A DNA stretch of 30,937 nt, from assembly GCA_013265495.1 (NCBI GenBank), contig MU057930.1:1876057-1906993 (forward strand), written 5' to 3'. The position numbers and the translations under genes were made by a program. Positions within the stretch are counted from its first letter, which is position 1. Each line of letters starts with the position of its first letter. The notes under the pieces are model-generated. The model saw only the letters and a program-made list of their open reading frames with translations. It searched no databases and was not told the DNA's origin. Origin of the DNA: Vicugna vicugna. Taxonomy: Eukaryota. Positions 24,300 to 30,937 of the stretch are shown one piece after another.

Positions 24300-25166
24300 T
24301 ACCGCCATAGAAGTTACGAAGGACAAGGACGCAGTTCACTTCCTATAGTCAGTAGTAGTGATGGCTATGATTCCTCTGAAGGACGCTTTTAAACTCCAGG
24401 AAGATTTTGTTCTACGCTTCTCTTTCTCTTACATTAAAATAGCATATGCAAATAAGAAACGGGGTATCACTCTGGCACCCCTTCAGTCTGGTTAGCCTTT
24501 ACAAAGCATTTTAATTTGACCTCTACATCAACAAGGAGGCAGCCAAATTTTACGGGCCCTGCACTGAGTCGATACATGAAACAGGGTGGGTTTTTTTGTT
24601 TGTTTGTTTGTTTACAGATTTTTTCACTGCTGTGATGTCACCAAGAAAAGGGGGGCGTTCTGTTCAGACAAACACATTATCTTCCAGCAGAGCCAGAATC
24701 CCCCAACGATACACATTTGCCGTGTGATGGCAGCGACTATCGGAAGGAAATCTAGTCCGAATTTATGTCAACAACGTGGATCCTAAACAAGAAAGTCCTA
24801 TCATTTCATGCAACATCCCTTACTTGTGTATTTAAAAGCATCAGCAGTTCCTTTTAAGACTCAGAAAACGGCGGTGCTAACATCTAAAGGTGTCCAAGCA
24901 CAAGGAACCAGTCCTTACATAATTTTCAGTTTGCTCAGTTGACCACGCTCGTGCTCTTAATTCTCTTATTCCGCCTAGATTCCTTCCTTTACAGACGATT
25001 CAGGATCCAACGCGTAACACTCTCCGCCTTCGCTTGTGATCACCTGCAGACAAACACCACCGCAAGGCTAGAGACGGAGCCCAGGGAAAGAATCAAGTCG
25101 TTCATGACGGTGTGGTCCACCTACTAGACGCTGTGTGAATGTTTGAGTGGAACAAACGACAAGTTA

Positions 25167-26101
<935 letters not shown>

Positions 26102-26140
26102 CTAATGGGAGAAAGAAAAAGAGAAGGATAATGAGGTCAA
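26102..26140 (-). promoter_or_regulatory. Splice acceptor with polypyrimidine tract and candidate branch points
   Basis: Minus strand reads ttgacctcattatccttctctttttctttctcccattAG. yUnAy-like branch motifs have their A at 26137 and 26132. Confidence 0.8.
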
Positions 26141-26689
26141 GGCACTGGCCACTTACAGCGTCTGCTGGGTCTTCCATGCAACAGTCAACGTCACGCAAGG
26201 AAATTCTGATTCATTGAGGAAGAGCATCTCTAAGCAGCAGAGTCTGGCAAGACCGTCACTTGGCTTACGTTGTGCAGTGAGCCCCAGGGGTGAGCCCCAG
26301 CCCCTGGGACAAGGCCAGGATTTGGAAAACACGCAAGTCCTTGGTGAACAAACACACCAATCGCCCAAAGTTATACGCATTACACAGTAACTGCCGACAT
26401 CTCCCAATCTCATTATGTTTCAGGATGAGCCCATCAGTGGAAAGGGAGTCCGAAAACACTGTTTCTCGGGTGTTTAAGAAAACTGTCGTGTCCTCTCAAG
26501 GTGATAACAGTGGACCTCAAAAAGTTGTCCAAGACGGGGAAAAGGGGGGAAAAGGGAACTGTGCATTCAGACCAAACTGATTGGCTAACACAAAGGGAGC
26601 ATCACCTAAGGGAAAGGGTGTAGACGCCGTACACTAATCCTCTTTGGGCTACTCAACAGCACACGTCATCAGTGCGCTACATCCATCAT

Positions 26690-26790
26690 CACCCTGAATC
26701 TCAGCTTCCTTGTGAGGAAAACGGAACAAGATGGTGCATTTCAAGTACGTGCCGTAGTGCTTGTCACATCAAGACATCATTCATCATTTA
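26690..26790 (+). mobile_element. Possible MIR fragment
   Basis: ccctgaatctcagcttccttgtgaggaaaacgg...aagtacgtgccgtagtgcttgtcacat resembles the MIR core and 3' end. Confidence 0.4.
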
Positions 26791-28404
26791 AAAAGTGTGG
26801 CTACAGCTATCCTGATTTCCATGTAAAGCACTGCATGCCTTGAGGGTAAACCTTGCAGCCTATTTGAGAAGCATATGGTCCATTTCAGGGATCTCCCTGT
26901 TGAGTCCAGGAGGAGTCACCTTCCAAGGAGCGACCCCCTCGATGTGTCTCAGGGTGGATCGTATGACAGCTCCATCTAGACCAACCACTGCTTGCACGGC
27001 ATTACAGAACGCCCTGCAAGACTGGAGAGCATTGCAAATAATGCACTGGGGATAGAAAACACGGCATGCGGTGTTGCAAGGACTTACACATTTAAATACA
27101 GCATTCTTCAACCGCACCCAAAATAGACCAATGTGTCTGTAAGGACACTGTGGGTTATTCAGAGCATTTCTGGCCCAGAATATGATCATGCACTTCATTT
27201 AAGTCAACAATTGAGCAGACTAAGTCATTCAGATAATTTTTTTCTTAAATGAAACCTATCTAAGCTGGCTCTCTTGAGGTATAATGTCTCTGGGGAAATT
27301 TCCGAAATCCCTGACATTCTGGGCCAAGTTCACCAGAGCTGAATGAAAATGCACTGAAAATCTGGATGGGAGCATTGAAAGTAGAAATTAGCATCACACC
27401 CCATGGCTCATTTATGTGTTTCCTTCTATCTTTGAATTCGACTGTAGACAACATTTGGATTCCTGCCACACTGCGATCCAATTCCTGGATAACTCACAGA
27501 CGAGACAAGAACACGAAAGAGGTGATGACACGTTTGCAATCCTCTGTTTTCCTGAAAACCTTCTGGTTTCGAACCAGCGTCAGTACTTCCTTCTCAAGCC
27601 TTCCTCACGGTAAGAGGAGATGCCAGTGATCTCTGATTCTCACGGACCTGGGTCCCTCAGCGCTCCCTCTGTGGGCTGAGGGGACCGAGGTGACCTCCCC
27701 GGGCTTTCAATCAATGCCCCATCATGCCATCTTCATGGGCTGCAGAGAGTCAAGAGTGAGGCAGTATGAGAAGGGGCAGGGTGGAGCAAATGGCTACTCA
27801 ACACATGTGCGATGCTGGGATTTTGAACGCAGACCTGCTCACAAGACCCCCAGGGAACAGAGACAAAAACGCACTGAAGTCAGCCCAGCAGTGGCATCGA
27901 GCAGGCATGGTGCAGGGCATTTCAATTCTTTGAGCCTCCCCTCTTCACTGATGAGTTTCTCTTTGGGGATTCCCTAAGTTCGTCCACCCAAGGCATCACA
28001 CAGTCCCCGGAATGGAGAGTCCCATAAAGGTAGAATGAATGTGTCCCAGGACTCGACAGTGTCGACTTCTTGGGGACATCTGGCCCACAGCATCCTTTCT
28101 CCAGCTCCACAGGGATGAGAGCTCCTGCCTGTCCCCTGTGCGTTACGACTGAGCAAGTGGGGTCACACCCAGACTTCATGCTCCAGGTGTATGATCAAGT
28201 CTCTCTGTCTAAACCGACCTGTCCACTAGGTTCTGAGGGCCAGAGAGAGAGCATGAAGCAGCTGGACCTAAGACGAGTAGGTCAGCTGGGCACTCGCTAC
28301 GTTCAGGTTAGGCATTCAAAAGAATCATACCTTCTGGGCCATCTGAATTATTTCCATTTTTGGAATTTGGCAGTTTGCACAAATGGAATGCAACCAACTG
28401 CCAG

Positions 28405-28610
28405 CACGGTGTGTCACAGTCAGCACTGTTGATATTGGGGACATACAGTTCTCTGTCATGGGGCCATGCTGAACCCTGTGGGTGGTTAACATCACCGTGG
28501 GCTCTACCCACTAGTGGCCAGTAGCGTCACCCCGTCTCAGTTGTAACAATGTCTCCAGACACTGCTAAATGACTCCTGGGGGCAAAATCACCTCAAGGAA
28601 AGAAATACTG
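28405..28610 (-). mobile_element. MER20 hAT-Charlie DNA transposon, near full length
   Basis: cagcactgttgatattgggg...ctctacccactagtggccagtagc...cagttgtaacaatgtctccagacactgctaaatgactcctgggggcaaaatcacc...aatactg is colinear with the reverse complement of MER20. Confidence 0.9.
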
Positions 28611-29294
28611 GTCTAAATCTTCAAATACGGGAATATGGCGGCCATATAAACAATGAACCATCAGTAGGTCCATTTGAAAACTACAATCAGAGGCATTAAA
28701 TATGTATTTGTGTGTGTATTCACACAAATGTGGATGTGTGTGCTCCATATTTGGCAACTTTAAAGGTTTTAGCTCTACAAGCAATCAAGATTTTTGAAAT
28801 AAACCTATTAAACACACATCACCATCATTGTTTAAAAATCACTGTAAATTTGACCAACCGATAAATGTGGGACAAAAAGATAAAAGAACTTCCAGGTGAA
28901 CTTCACATACTGAAAAAGATTTCACAAGGAGTGAAATGCTGTTATATTTACACATAATATGTAGATATGTAATACATATTATACATTAAACATATAGGTA
29001 TATGTTATATATTTTTCCATAATATGAATGTATGTATTATAACTTTTTTCCCCAAATAAAAAGGAGATACTGAAAAGGGAATTCATTGAATACACACAAT
29101 GGGGGAGTTAGGAAGGACTTCATAGCATGTTTTTATTTCTGCAAAAGTTATACTAGTAGTAATATCTCAGAGTGCCGTTTTAACTTGATTTATACCTTGA
29201 TTGGGTATCTTAGAATGATTCCCTGCAAGACAGTCATTCTTGGACCCTACATTGGCCATAGAAGTAAAGCCTGTCTGTCCCCTTAGTCATAGGT

Positions 29295-30190
29295 GCATCC
29301 AGATGGTCAATAGGCACATGAAAGGATGCTCAACATTGCTCATTATCAGAGAAATGCAAATCAAAACTACAATGAGGTATCACCTCACACCAGTCAGAAT
29401 GGCCATCATTCAAAAGTGCACAAATGACAGATGCTGGAGAGGCTGTGGAGAAAAGGGAACCCTCCTCCACTGCTGGTGGGAATGTAATTTGGTGCAGCTA
29501 TTATGGAAAACTGTGAAGGTTTCTTAAAAAGCTAAAATTACAGCTACCACATAATCCAGCAATCCCACTCCTGGCCATATACCTGGACAAAACCCTACTT
29601 CAGAAAGACACCTGCACCCCAAAGTTCATAGCAGCACTAGTTACAATAGCCAAGTCATGGAAACAACCTAAATGTCCACTGACAGATGACAGGATAAAGA
29701 AGATGTGGTATACTTGTACAATGGAATACTACTCAGCCATAAAAAAGAGTAAGACCATGCCATTTGCAGCAACATGGATGGACCTGAAGATGGTCATACT
29801 GAGTGTACTAAGTCAGACAGAGAAAGATAAATATTACATAATATCACTTATATGTGGAATCTAAAAAAATAATAAAAAATGAACTTATTTACAAAGCAGT
29901 TACAGACTCACAGACATAGAAAACAAACTTATGGTTACCAAAAGGGGAGTAGGGCAAGGGATAAATTAAGAGTATGGGATAAGCAGATCCACACTACTAT
30001 ATATAAAATAGATAAAGTCCTATAGTAATATAGTACAAGGAACTGTAAACAATATCTTGCAATAACCTATAATGGAAAAGAATCTGAAAAATAGTATCTA
30101 TATCTGAATATGTGTATATATACCTGAATAATTTTGCTGTGCACCAAAAACTAACACAACACTGTAAATCAACTATACTTCAATAAAAAA
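29295..30190 (+). mobile_element. 5'-truncated L1, about 0.9 kb (ORF2 C-terminus plus 3'UTR)
   Basis: [67 protein letters not shown]. Ends tgtaaatcaactatacttcaataaaaaa. Candidate TSD is cttagtcataggt (29282-29294) / ctttgtcacaggt (30193-30205), 11/13. Confidence 0.97.
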
Positions 30191-30207
30191 GACTTTGTCA
30201 CAGGTCA

Positions 30208-30290
30208 CAAAGATCACTATTCTAGGACATGGGGACATGGCTGGAGAAGAGACAGCTTCTGCTCATAGGAGGTTACACGCTCATGAAAGT
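30208..30290 (-). mobile_element. L2 3'-end fragment
   Basis: cactattctaggacatggggacatggctggagaagagacagcttctgctcataggaggttacac resembles the antisense L2 tail. Confidence 0.5.
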
Positions 30291-30779
30291 ATCCCCTGGG
30301 GGAAAGAAAAAACAAAACGAAAGGGATCTTTTGAAAGAAAGTACAAAGAAACAGGGGAGAGTGAATAAATAAGTAAAAAGTAGTTTTATGAACTAAAAAA
30401 TAACAGATTGTGAGCCATCACAGGCTAAATGTCTGTGAACACTTGAGTCATTTCTGAGCGCAGTACTTAATGAAGTGGGTACACGATACCCTGTATGCTT
30501 TAAGAAAACACAATAATGTAGTGAATTCAATAAACAATGCCATTCAGGAGAAAAAAAAAGTAACCCCGAGAGTGGTGCTTTTCACCGTTTTCATCACGTC
30601 AGATCCAAAGCAAGCACAAGGATTGCCATGTATGAAAAAGCTCATTAAATGCTGGATTTTCTGTGTCTAATTAAACCATTACCAAACGGGATCTCCAAAT
30701 CTACACCAAACGACTACTACACCAAATGCAAATACCTCCAGGGTTTGTGCGGACCTCGCTCAGCAAACTCAGTCACAGA

Positions 30780-30937
30780 ACATCACGGTCACACTGCCAC
30801 GTCTTCAAGATGTCTTGTGATGCTCTGAAAAATCTCATTTCTGAGCTCCTCAAACCAGCTCCATCCATACGTCTGTTCAATATCTCAACCACGGGTAGGC
30901 AACCTTTATCTAATTATTGAGGCTAGATTCAAAGCCA
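30780..30937 (+). mobile_element. L2 fragment running off the window end
   Basis: gtcttcaagatgtcttg...ctcaaaccagctccatcc...aatatctcaaccacgggtaggcaacctttatctaattattgaggctaga is colinear with the L2 3' region. Confidence 0.45.

Noticed and set aside
24057..24392. GRKE-rich and PSFL-rich ORFs
   Set aside because: Artefacts of the GGAA microsatellite.

Overview
Mammalian genomic DNA, most likely camelid. The two tRNA-Ala-derived SINEs resemble the camelid vic-1 family and no Alu or Bov-tA/Bov-A2 elements were seen. The window holds one genuine exon on the minus strand: the first coding exon of neuroligin-4 (NLGN4X type). The exon spans about 25307-26101, with CDS 25778->25307 (472 nt, phase-1 donor). 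It is flanked by about 25 kb of downstream intron and about 4.8 kb of upstream intron. The rest is ordinary intronic repeat content: old and young L1 fragments, ERVL/MaLR solo LTRs, hAT elements (MER58A, MER20, MER5-like), MIR/L2 relics and simple repeats. All other ORFs in the track appear to be L1 remnants, low-complexity artefacts or chance frames. I found no convincing novel biological system. The best leads are a cluster of uORFs in the NLGN4 5'UTR, very high GC3 with a local AT3-rich island, a repeat-free motif-rich intronic block carrying a perfect splice donor, and two nested insertion structures. Repeat family names come from recalled consensus sequences, not from a search, and their boundaries are approximate.
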